Origin: Convolutriloba macropyga
Lineage: Eukaryota
Direction: 5' to 3'
NCBI RefSeq assembly: GCF_964194025.1
Contig: NC_134479.1
Location: 18,414,001-18,478,000, forward strand
DNA length: 64,000 bases
The notes beneath the pieces were generated by a model, which saw nothing but the letters and a program-made list of their open reading frames with translations, was not told the DNA's origin and did no database searches. A program made the translations under genes and the position numbers. Shown one piece after another: positions 45,098-58,200 of this stretch; the stretch's first letter is position 1, and each line of letters begins with the position of its first letter.

Positions 45098-45182
45098 CAG
45101 CCCACGGAAGGATTCGAACCCACTTCTGGACTCCTGATTCCTTCACCTCAACGGAGGTATTATCCACTGAGCTATCATGGCC
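45098..45182 (-). repeat. tRNA-derived cassette within a repeat
   Basis: Minus strand GGCCATGATAGCTCAGTGG...GGGTTCGAATCC...GATGTTTTT. Confidence 0.55.
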
Positions 45183-46226
45183 TTGCCATCGAGTCTCTAA
45201 CAATCGGTTTTGTTTGCACAACAAACTTTATTTCAGAGTGAGAGCAATTGAAATCACTCAAGTGCGTGAAAAAGTCACTTGAGTAGTCAAAGATTATTCT
45301 AGAAAAGCGAAAATTGGTCGAGCTAAAAATTTGCATAGAAAACATAGCCAGTAGAATACCGGAAACGAATTGAAGAGTCGTGCAATGAAAATCGTATCTA
45401 ATCCTACCTATTTCAGACATATGAAGAAAGAGAGAGCGGTAGTTTAGATAGGCTAGAGGGACTTACATGGGCTCGATTCTCGAAATGACCTTTCAACCTG
45501 GAATAATACCATCAGTTCTTAATTAATATACATTACAAACTAAGCTACTTTCTAAGTCCAATGTTCGCAAACAGAAATCAACGCTCTAAAACTGAAGTCA
45601 ATGTTCGAAAGCAAAATTTCAAGCCATGACTTCAGCTAAAAAAAACCGTAGAATCTCAATACTCCTCTTCGAGTCATAAAAAGACATACACGTTTACAAT
45701 AACTGCTTCTCATTCGAGAGCAATTAATAAAAAGGGCAACTTTCAGCCTTGCCCAGTTTAACTCATCGAAGAACAGAAAAGACACGGAATAAAAAAAATG
45801 ACGAAGGACAATTCTACGGCAGCATTTGGCGATTGAGAAAAAGTTTGAAGCTAACTCACTATTAAAATAAATTGGAGAAACATTAGTGTTATAAATTTCA
45901 CAAAAATAGAGGTGATAACTTAAATTAAAAAAAAAATTATTCATTTCCATTTAGAGCAAGAATATGTGCTAAAATAGCTGGCAAAAATAAAACTTCGGCA
46001 GTTGTACAATTTATACAAAAATATTCAACAGAAGTAACATAATTTCGAGATAATTTAGCTTTTTTAATTAACACTGATTGTGCTTCCTTCATAATATAAA
46101 TTCAGACAGCATTAAGTGGAATTTTGATTTAAAAAACAGATATATATTCTTGGATGCCAATCGGTATCGAGTCGGGAAAGTTTTTCTATCTAACGAAGGA
46201 TAAAATTGCTAGAAAATAATTATAAT

Positions 46227-49200
46227 TTATAGAATTGCAAATTCGGAGGAATTGTTGATTGCGGTGGTGAGCTTCTGCTTGAGCTCGTTGTAGCTGGAGT
46301 ACTTTGGAAGTTCCAAAAGGTTGAAACTGAAACAAATAGCAGTTTATGATACGTCTAGCACATTCAGTAGAAAATAACTAAAACAATAACCGGTGAAAAC
46401 CAGTTTACAAAACCGACTAACGTAACACATATTGACCACTATGAGCAAACAGACAGACGTAACATTTTTACAATATCTGATAAACATACCCGGCCGACGG
46501 AAAATATCGGCCGTTGATTCCCATAACCCAGATTGAGATTGAAAGCACACACTTTTTCTTAATGAGAGGATACAGTGGCTAGTATCAATACCAATAATAA
46601 TTAGAGATGGTAATTAAGACATATAAGAACAATTAGTATTAAGAATTAAGTATCAGGTATCTAAAATTGGGCATTATGGGTTTATGCCGTTTCTATTTTG
46701 CTGCATTTTTATTTCGATCCCGTTTTTATTCTATTAATACTGACTTGGTGGATTCCAGATTATTTTGCTGAGCATCTGCTGTTTAAAAGCTCTTTGAGTA
46801 GAATGAAAGAAGACTAGAACTAGGCTAAAAGAAGACTAAAAGAAGTCAAAAACATTTCACAAAATGTTGCACAAGCTGTCAACTAAGCTAAAGCAAAACA
46901 ATTTTTTTCGACGTAGCGAAACATAGCAGGACTAGTCATGAATTATAATCCAAAGAATTGAATACAATACTTGTATACCCTCAATTGCCCAACGGCACAA
47001 TGCGATAACCTTGGTTGAGAGAACACCGATATATAAGGCACAAGCACAAGCAAAAACACCAAAAAAATAACATTTTAAAAGCAAACTTTCAACACGAGCT
47101 CTAAAATTTCTTGCTGTTATTGTTCTCAAACATTTTTGCATTGTTAAAAACGATTCAAGAAATTAGCTGGAAGCTAGCTAAACGACCGATTGGAACTTTG
47201 CATTTAAAACATTGCTGCCCTTTTTTTTCACTCAAAAACTTGAAATTTGAGAAAAAAAAGTTAACATAAATTTAATTAAAGTTTAATTTGCACTAAAAAT
47301 TTGAAAAGTCAATTTGCACTAAAAATTTGATTTTAGTTAATTTCATGAAACTCATTTCTTCACAGCCTGCTGCTCCTCTCCAATTAAAACAAAACGGAAA
47401 AACCAGCGGGATATCAAAAGAGCTACTGATTATATACGAGAAAAATAGTTGCAAAAACTGATCAAAACCCAGAAAATTAGCAATCACTCAAAACAAATGC
47501 GCGAGATCGTAAAATTAATGTCTTTAAACTACTTATCGTAAACCTGCCAAAAAATCAATAACACTAGATGAAAGCTTTAAAAGCTTTTGTTGCCTACTAG
47601 TGAGTGAAAAAATATTTGAAAATTGACAAAATATTAAGACGAAAAAAAGCGAAAATTAAAAATTATTAAATATATCAAAAATAGGTTAAACTGTGCTATT
47701 TAAAAACATTAATTAATCAATTCTGCGTTGCAAGACTCAATCGATTTACCGATCTGCAGTCCTAAAAATCCGGCTATTTAAAGCAGACATTACAATTCAA
47801 AACGACATTGTCGTTGAGGCAGTAAATAAAGGACTTAAGAACAAACTACAGATAAAAATTTTGACGTCTAATAGAAATTTTGGTTAGCCATTCAAATCGA
47901 AACAAAGATCAGAAAAAGTTTGAAAATTTAATTAAATTGCAAAATTTACTAACAGATTTTTATTCTTGAAAACTAACGTTATTAAAGCCAACCCATTTTA
48001 GCAAAACATGATAAAACAATTGAGCTGCTGGCTAAGAGAAATCTTGATTAACTTAACAAACGAAATCAAAAAGATAAAAACCAACAAAAACCCTTTTGAT
48101 TGCCCACACCATCACTGATCAATTGAAATTCCAACAAAATCTATGAATTTACAGAAACAAAATTTTAATCAGCCCTAAAAAAAGAAGTATTAGAGAATTA
48201 GTGGCGTCAACCTAATCAAAACCAATAACTCTTGTGAACTAATCTTGAGAACTAAATACGCTTTTAAAAATAGATAATTTTATGAATAGCAATAAGTGTC
48301 AAAATGAAAGAAACTGAAAATAAATGCTAGACAAATGGTGCTCTCCAACAATGCTATCAAAAGAAAGGTGGGTGTGTACTTTTTCTATTCTAGCCTTCTT
48401 TTAGCGAACCACTAAGAAATTGCAACTATGCACACTTAGAAAAGTATGTCAATTTCGTAATAGCATTCACGAAAATATCAAGCGAAAAAAGGTTACGACA
48501 AATGTAATATTTAACATACATAACTGAGATTGATGGAGTTGTCGATGCAACCCATGAAACTATTAAAAAAATCGTTTTATATTCTACGATATTGAAACTT
48601 GCTATGAAAAGTTTAAATTCGTAATTTTAATTTACTCTCGAAGCCTCACTTTTAACAGCCTTCAATAAGCAGTGGCCCTCTATTGACCTCGATAGCGGTT
48701 ATAGAAATATAAAGTGATATTAAACTGTCATTTTAAAAAAGAGCCAGGCAAGTCATTTATGATAATCATGCAATTCAGCTAAAAGCTCACCGCTAATGAG
48801 CATAAAAAATGACGCCACTCACATATAAACAATTGAAGAATGGCATGAACATTTGCACATCGCAATCACCCTTTGAACTTTGCGGCGCAAGAAAACTATT
48901 TTAAAAACAATTCAGTTGAAAAAAATCAAGAGTACCTCAATATAGCTACGTCAAACTTAAGAGCTTCGCGAACATGAGAAGCTTTCAACCTTTATCCTCA
49001 TGATTTCTGTATAAACATTTTTGTCTAAATACAGTTCAGTAGAAAATCAAACAAACTACTCTTTGCTAAAAAATTAGTGCTTACTAGCAGGCCCGCAAAA
49101 CCATAACAAGAAAATCATTTGCACGAATAGCAGGTTCAAAAGATGTAAAGGTTTCTGTTTCGCACCAACTCGAGCTCGAACCCATGCCCCTCGTTTAACA

Positions 49201-52200
49201 GCCATAGGTCTCACCACTTAAGCTATCTATGCGTATTGCAATTGTCTTTTCCCCTTTCTACAGCAAATTTATGGACAATGGCGTTTGTGACTTGCTTGTT
49301 TTTGCTATACCGCATGCTTAATCAGCGCAAAAAACAAATGTGCATATTAGGAGCTTAAAAATGATGCTAAAACTCAAAACGCATTTATTACGCTAGGTTG
49401 GATGATTAAGGACCCCTAAAACAAGTTACGATAGGAGCGCTGTTGACCCTTGCGTTCAATTGCGACTGATAATTACTAGAAAAAGGAAGATTAGAAAATA
49501 CGACTAAAACTGCTCAAAACTTAATTCATAGCTATTTTATGGATAATGGTAATAGAAAAATACTTCAAACTTCAAATTAGCAGTCTTCATTCTTACGAAC
49601 TGCGCTATAACCACTAGACACCACCGTTTCTCACAAACGCTTTTATCAATAAACATATTTCAGATTCAGAGCATCTGAGATTACGCAAACATCAAAAAGT
49701 AAAGCGTGAAAAACTTAGTTGAAAGCTAAGAGTGTTCTAGATTAGCGCAGAATCTGTAAAGCTAATTTTTTCGAGATCAAGTACGCGGTAATTTATGCAT
49801 GCAACCCTATCCATCTCGCTGAAATTGCTAATAGTCCTCGAATATACAATTTCTGCAGCAACCATGTCAAATAGCAAAAAACCAATGTTGATCAAATAGA
49901 AAAACGTGCCACACCATGTGCGAGCTCTGGGTAAGTGTTTGTGAGTAGATTCCTGGCTCATTTGAATCGTAAACAATTGAGGTCCGTTACTTCCGTGCAG
50001 CTGTGAGAAACCATTGACGGGAACGTGCGAAGTACCAGTTACAAATTTCAGCAGTCTACACCTTTCTTCGTCTGAATATGACATGACAGCTTTCCAAAAC
50101 CAGTGAATAACTTCGTGATCTTCACTATATCCTCCTGAAAACGGAATTCCACAGATTTATACATTTAAAGCTGATGATAATTTCATCAATTTTGAGGATG
50201 CAATTTGAAACAAAGCGGACAGATTGCCGAAAAAGAGCCACCGTTGACCGCACTGACCAACGTTAATATTAAAACAGTAAGAGACCAATGTAGAAAAATT
50301 GACGGAGTGTTGAAAAGTGCTCTAAAATGGTTCGCAGTTAATCATATTCAATAAAAATGTGCATTCCGCCTCCTGCAGGACAAGAACCTTAATACTGATA
50401 CCAATATACTCCAATGGATTTTGATAACTTAATGCAGTAAGTCTTTAATCATTAGGTCTCAGCACCGTGCTTTATTGGTTTATCCCGTTTCGTTTGATTT
50501 CACCTTTTGACCGTGATCTTATTCGCAATCGCGTAATATTGCTGAATGAATTCTAAAATCCAATTAGTTGAAACATTGAGCGAGGTAAGTCAAAAGTCAA
50601 ACGTGCCAGTAAGGATTTACGTAAAACGAAAAACGTGATCGAACGGTAAAACGAATACTAAAAAAATATAACAGGACAAATCCTGAATTACAACCCAGAG
50701 AACTTAGTTGACAGAAATCGGTCAGACAACATTGTTCCAGTAACATAAAACTATGGCAGACAACAAACAACATTGTTCCAGTAACACCAAACCATGACAA
50801 TCAACAAAGAACAATCCTATATCCGCAAAAATCTGAAAAACAATTAAAACATTTCTTTTCCGGAAAAATACAAGTGATAATACAAGAAAAAACTACAAAA
50901 CTGGATGACACTAATATAAATTACTGAAAATTATTTTTTTTGAAAACAAGTTATGACGAAGTAAACAAAACTTTTAGACGTCAATTCTTCTTTTACTCCT
51001 CATTAGAGAGCCAAAAAGACCAGTAATTGAGGAGACTAAAAAACATGACAACAAACTGAACTAAAAGAAAGCGTAAAAGAAATAAAAAATCTCTCATGAA
51101 ATAAAAGTTATGACGAAGTTCACAAAACCTTTAGACGTCAATTCTTCTTTTACTCCTCATTAGAGAGCCAAAAAGACCAGTAATTGAGGAGACTAAAAAA
51201 CATGACAACAAACTGAACTAAAAAAAGCGTAAAAGAAATAAAAAATCTCTGATGAAATAAAAATACATGTATTCAATATTAGAACATGTATGATCGTTCT
51301 GAAACATTAGCAAAAAATCCGAAGAACACGGCAAAGAAGTCCAATTAGCGCACGTGAAAAAAATCCTTTTCCAAAAACCATTTTTTTGCAAAATCAGCTC
51401 AAATCTACTCACTTCGCTCGCTTTAATACTCCACGATTAAATCACCACTCTAATTTGATTTCTCTTGACATAAAAAAGTTGAAAAAGTATGAACAGACAT
51501 GAAAAAACATGACCGAAAAATCCGGAAAGGACTCGAATAGTCGCATCTGCCATAAAACTAACCTTTCAAAGAAGTAATACCTAATAAAACCAGCCACAAA
51601 ATTTTGGTGAATTAAAAATGCCAGAAAACTCAACAAAAAAATCAGAAAATTAAACATTCCTTCATATAATACAAGTGCAACTATAAACAAAAAACCTCTA
51701 TTCTATACAATTGAAAACACTGAAAAGCCCACTCAACAATAGGCTAGCCATGCTAGGCTCAAAAACGTCACTAGTTTCGAAAATAAAAAAACGACAGAAA
51801 TTGGTCAAAATGGTTACGCAATATCTCGATTTTCTGTCACATTGCTCACTGAAAACACTGCTTTATACCAAGAGAATGGTGTTAAATTTGTGTCAAAAAA
51901 TGACTTCGAGCAAAACGCGTTCAATTCCGAAATTTGCTAACTTCTCGCTCCACTCTGAAATTTTGTTCAAAAATAAAACGACCACACATTTTCCAGGCGT
52001 TTCATCTCTCAAGATTAACCCAATCAAATTGATTTAAAAACATTTCTTGCAGTCGTAAAAAGACAGCTCGCCAATACAATCCAAATCCTTCAAGAACGCC
52101 TAAATAATAGCCTTGAGACAATTTAAACAATAAAAAAGACAATTTAGATCACCCAAACGGATCTAGTATATAGATTCAATTTCTCTATATAATTAACAGC

Positions 52201-55200
52201 TATCAAACTTTCGGTTAATAATCAGGTTAGCGAAAATTTAAAATCCATTATCAATGGCTGGGATGCAAATTTACCACTAGCTCAGGTAGTCAACAACATT
52301 CGCCTGAAGCTTTACCATATTTTGCACTGAATTGAATCAGTTCTGTCTATTTCTCATCTCACAGTCGCTCAGGTTAGGCATAATGTAAAAAAAAGAATTC
52401 GATTATAATGACAGACCATCGAAAGAACATCTCACTTTTATATTTTGTATTGTCCCGCCAATCTTTTACATTGACATGAGGTAATCCCGCCATTAGCAGT
52501 TCCAGTTCTGTCTCATCAAACACTTTGAGTAAAGAGGGATCCACAATCTCAGCAAACCCAGATACGAATGCATTCATCTGGGGTTTCACTTGATCCACTA
52601 GCTTGTACTGGAGAACTAACCTGTAACGGCAAATTTAGTGTTCAGGAACGCACAATAATTTGCATAGCTTGACGATTAATCGATTTTGTTGATTTCTATG
52701 CCATACCGATTAGAAAAGAATCTTACTGTAGAGTCGCAGTCAATTGTGGGGTAACGAATCTATAACGTTTAAAAACCTTCCTCTAACTAGTTTTAAGAGA
52801 TATCAGAACAATCGAAAAAAAGTTCTGGCCGATATTTGTTCCAATATCAAAATCCTTTTAGGGTTATTAAAACTTTATGCCACTGGCTTTTTTTGTTACG
52901 GCAATTTTGCACATCGATATCTTTTGCTCAGATAAAAAATTGATCTTTGCAGAGACTTCAAGTAATTTATTTAAAATTGATTAAAAAAGCATTAAGTTTT
53001 AAATTGATTAAAACTTAAAAGCAAATTAGAAAACATAGTCGACGACCGTCGCGCGAATTGCTCTCAAACGACCGGCCAGTGGTTAGCTTCGGTGGTAGCG
53101 GGGGGGGGGGGGGTGTTGCGTTGAGGAGGGGGTTCAAGAGATGAGGAGTAGGGATGCGACAGCTAGATCAGAGACACTTCAAATTAAGACGCAGAAGAGG
53201 GTGGACAATGGGGGTGATGGGGGGTAATTAGGGGCTGATGGTGGAGGGGTGGTGACTGAGGGGGTCAAATTTTCAGAACCGGACTTCACACCATGAAATT
53301 TTCTCCTCAAAGCAGTTCTTGGAGTATAGTAAGGCTTAGGTCTCTAAAAAAAACTTAATGCCCTCCGAGCGCTTCCCGTTTATCCTGTTCTTGAGGACAA
53401 AAAATCGCATAAAAACACCAAACACCACAGGACTTATATGATTGCTACAAACTTCGTTTGAATGCGAGCAATAATTAAAATAAATCCAAAAAGGTAGGCT
53501 GAAATGTAATAATTTTATTTAATAAGTACACTAAATTTCGTACACTTTGTTCGTACCAGAATCAATCAACTAGAAGTTTCACAAAAACCATCTACTGCAT
53601 AATCTAGGAAAGAAACATTGCAAGATCATACTGTCGGCAAACAGCCACCAAACAGCCATCAAAAGCTATTGAAACGGAATAAGAAAATAAAAGGTTCAAA
53701 TGAGAAGCATTATTTTTCAAAAAGTATTTCCAAATGGAGTACAGAAACATGTCGGTTACACAAGTATAGTGAATTAAACTTTCAATGAGTACGCGACCAG
53801 GCTTCATCAGCTAATCCTATTTTTCACTTTGAACTTTTGACCCGACAACAAAACTATATTAGGTAAAACTTGCTGCCTAAAAAACTATTTCTATAAACCG
53901 AAAACAAGAAAGAACGGTAAAAACGGATTAATAAAATATAAACGGAAGAGTTCGTAATCAACGTGCAGCAAAACTTGACTTCACATGCATCTGTCCCCAA
54001 AATACATCCTCGAACAAGTAATTACTTAACCAAACAAAACTTGAGAAAAAAGCATAGCTGACAGATTGCCGTAATAGCTGCGAAATAAAGTAGCATTCCG
54101 TATAAAACAGATAGAAACAGAGAAAGGTATAAGTTGAAAAGTTATCGACATCGCTCAATAAGCTATGTAAAAACCATTTAACCAAAAAATTAATAGCCTG
54201 GTTAAAATTCATTCAGCAGAAGCCTTTCTATAAGCTACTTTTTGTACAAACGTGAGTTGATTTGACCTTAAACTAATTGAACTTAAACTTGAGTTTTAAA
54301 GTGCACAAAAGTCATTTCATTGAGTAAAGCAAGTCACGTATGATCAAAATCTAATCACGTAAATCACCCGAAAACATTTTCTAATGGGAGTGAGACAGGA
54401 GGTACGATTCAGGAAAGACATTTCCGCTTTGCTGTGTAAACAAATTTAATAACAAAAATAGTCACACAAAACAAAAAACATAGCCGGACAAGACCTGACA
54501 CAATTCTAAGATTTCCATTGACTAAAAAAGGATTTGGCTAAAATGGACAAAAAATGGATTGGGAAAACCACTAAAGAATAAAATCTGATCAAAAAGAAAA
54601 ACTGGAAAAATTCTAGAATGAGAGTACCAAAATGGTCGAGCGAAAATTTTCCAACAAAGCTGGCAAATTGGCAGATTATCAGAAAATAGCCGTTATAGCT
54701 CTGTACTTACAAAAAGATAGTAAAAAAGACGGAAAAGAGATTGCTGAAATGCTGAGATGCTAACCTTTGAATAAGAATCTGTAGCACTTACTGCTGCTTC
54801 TATTATGTGCTATTAGATAACCTTCAATAAATAACACATACTCACTTGAATTTATCTCCACGAATTAATGTAACGAAAAATCAAATTGAGAGTGACGGAG
54901 TCAGTTTCCAGAGTGAGGTTAATTAATCGCGCCAATTATTAGGTACCTCTATTAAATCCATGAGTTCCTTTGACCTCAAAAAATTTCATATTGAACTTCA
55001 CTTTCAAAGTGCACAAAGTCATTTTATTGAGTGAGACAAGGCACGTATGACCAAAATCTAAACATAGCAAGCAAATTGCCATCGTTGACCCGCTTGATGC
55101 ACATTGGGATTGAAAAAGAAAAAAATAAGAGAAAGAAATTGACAGAATTTTCCAATGTGTCAAAGTTTTCTTTTTTGGTGTGCAGATTCTTCAAACTCGG

Positions 55201-58200
55201 TTAGATTCTAAAATCACACTTAAATCAGCTTCCAATCTGAAGGCTCTTAAGTATAAAAATAGTGCTACCTAGCAATCGCTTTAACCAACTTTGATAAACT
55301 AATGTACTATAACTTAATGACCGGGCTTTATATGTTTATCCCGTTTCCTGATTTTGCTCTTTTGACCTTGACCGTATTCAATACATAGGGTAATTAAATT
55401 TCTGAAAGAATTAAAAATCAATTCAGTTGAAACAGTGAGTGAACTAAGACACAAGTCAAGCGTGAAAATTGTGACTTAAAACAAAAAACGTGATCAAAAG
55501 GTAAAGCGAATTAAAAAGAGCGCCTTAATAATAACTTTTGAGAGGCTGACGTCGGCTATTAATCATCTAAAGGAACTAATTAAATTCGCTAGAGAGAAAA
55601 AGAGCAATTACTTACGATGAAAAAAGGCAAACCGACTAACTTCGGAAGAATTGCTCTCGAACGACCGTAGAGGAAATTTAAATCAGGGGCTGTAACCCAG
55701 ATAAATTTTTCTTTAGCGTAGAGAAATTGTTGACCGCGCCGTGATTCGAACTATGGCCCATCCTGATTGACAGAATCCCTGTCCACTCGGCTATCAGGCA
55801 CTACTTTTTGCTATGCTGCAGTCGATTTCATTTTACAACCACCTTTACTTCAGAGTGAGAGCAATAGAGATCACTCAAAAATGAAGAACATAAGCATGGA
55901 AAAGTCACTTTAGAAGTCAGTGAATGTTCTCGAAGCTCAAAACGGTCAAACTTTTACAAAAACCAGCAGGCCCGCAAAAGCCTGACAAAATCATATCCGA
56001 ATACGTCTAAATGAATTTCGGATTTCTGTTTCGTACCAGCTCGGTTTGTAACCCCTGCCCCTCGTTTAATAGCCACAGGTCTTACCGTTTACGCTACCGA
56101 CGCGTATGTTTTACGTCCTGTGCCCTATTTAGCAGCAACTTTTTTAAGCCACACTTTTGGCTTTCCATGTTTAAGGAGCACTACGTTTAATTACGTTGAA
56201 TTAGCAGAAAACGAGCTTCTACGGGGTGTTATTGAGCGTCTCAAAACGCATGTAATACACTAGGCTGCATGTTTAAGGAGCTTTAAAACGTGAGGATTGG
56301 AGCTTAAACATGGTGGTACAGCATTCGAGTTAGAAATAATACATAGATTGCTACGAACTTCGTTCGAGAGCAATAAAAAAAATACCACCTCTTGCGCTAA
56401 CTCGATTAACATAGCCGGCAAATTGCTGGAAAATAGCCGCCGTTGACGCACTTGACGAACACTGGGATTGAAACAAAAGGAGGAAGAAAATTGTGAGATA
56501 GAAATTGACAAAACTTTTCTAAGTGCCAAAGTGTTCTTATTTGGTGTGTAAATTCTTCATATTCGGTTAGATTCCGAAAGTACACTTCATTCAGCTTCTA
56601 AACTGAACGCTGTTAAGCATAAAAATAGTGCAACCTAGCTTAATGAACTTTGATAACCTATTGTACTATGACTTAATGACCGGGCTTTATATGTTTATCC
56701 CGTTTCCTGATTTTGCTCTTTTGACCTTGACCGTAATCACTACATAGGGTAATTCAATATCTGCAAGAATTAAAAATCAATTTAGTTGAAACAGTGAGTG
56801 AATTAAGTCAGAAGTCAAGCGTGAAAAATTTAACTTAAAACAAAAAACGTGATCAAAAGGTAAGGCAAATTTTAAAAGGCCTAACAATAACCCTTGAGAG
56901 GCTGTCGGCGGCTATTGATCATCAAAGGAACTAATTAAATCTGCTAGAGAGAAAGAGAGAAATGACTTAGGATGAAACAAAACCAACCGACTAATTTCGG
57001 AAGAATTGCTCTCGAACGAGATAAGAGGCAATTTAATTCAGTGGATGTAACCTAGATAAATTTTTCGTTACCGTACAGAAATTGACCGCGCCGTGATTCG
57101 AACTTTGGCCCATGCTGATTGACAGAATCCCTGCCCACTCGGCAATCAGGCCCTACTTTTTGCTATGCTGCAATCGATGTTAGTCTAACAACAAGCTTTA
57201 CTTCAGAGTCAGAGCAATAGAGATCACTCAAAATTGAACAAAAGCATGGAAAAGTCATTTGAGTCAAAGAATGTTATAGCTCAAAACGGTCAAGCGTTTA
57301 CAAAAACCAGCAGGTCCGCAAAAGCGTGACAAAATCACATCAGAATATGTTCAAATGAAATTAGGATTTCTGTTTCGTAACAGCTCAGTTTACAACACAA
57401 CTCTCGTTTAATAGCCACAGCTCTTACCGTTTACGCTACCGACGCGTATGTTTTGCGTCCATTACCCTATTTAGCAGCTACTTTTTGTCAATCGACATTT
57501 TTGGCTTTGCCGTGTTTCGGGATTCTATGTTCAAGGAACGCTATGAATTCGCAGATAACGCGCTTCTACGTGGTGGTATAGCTTGTCTCAAACCACATGT
57601 ACTACACAAGGCTGCATGTCTAAGGAGGATTGGTTAAGACGTGAAGATAGGAACTTAAAAATGATGGTACAGCATTTGAGTTAGAAACAATATATAGATT
57701 GCTAAGAACGTCTTTCGCAAGCAATTAAAAATACCACCTCTTGTGCTAACTCGATTACCATTGCCAGCAAATTGCTGGAAAATAGCCGCCGTTGAAGCAT
57801 TTGACGAACATTGCGATTGAAATAGAAAGAGGAAGAAAATAATTTTATAGAAATTAACAGAATTATTAATGAAATTAATTTTATAGAAAATAACAGAAGA
57901 GTCAAAGTGCTATTATTTGGTGTGCAGATTCCTCAAATTCGGTTAGATTCTAAAATAACATTTAACTCAGCTTCTAAACTGAACGCTGTTAAGCATAAAA
58001 ATAGTGCAACCTAGCTTAATGAACTTTGATAACCTAATGTACTATGACTTAAATGACCGGGCTTTATATGTTTATTCAGTTTCCTGATTTTGCCCTTTTG
58101 ACCTTGACCGTATTCACTACATAGGGTAATTCAATATCTGAAAGAATTAAAAGTCAATTCAGTTAAAACAGTGAGTGAATTAAGTCCGAAGTCAAGCATG

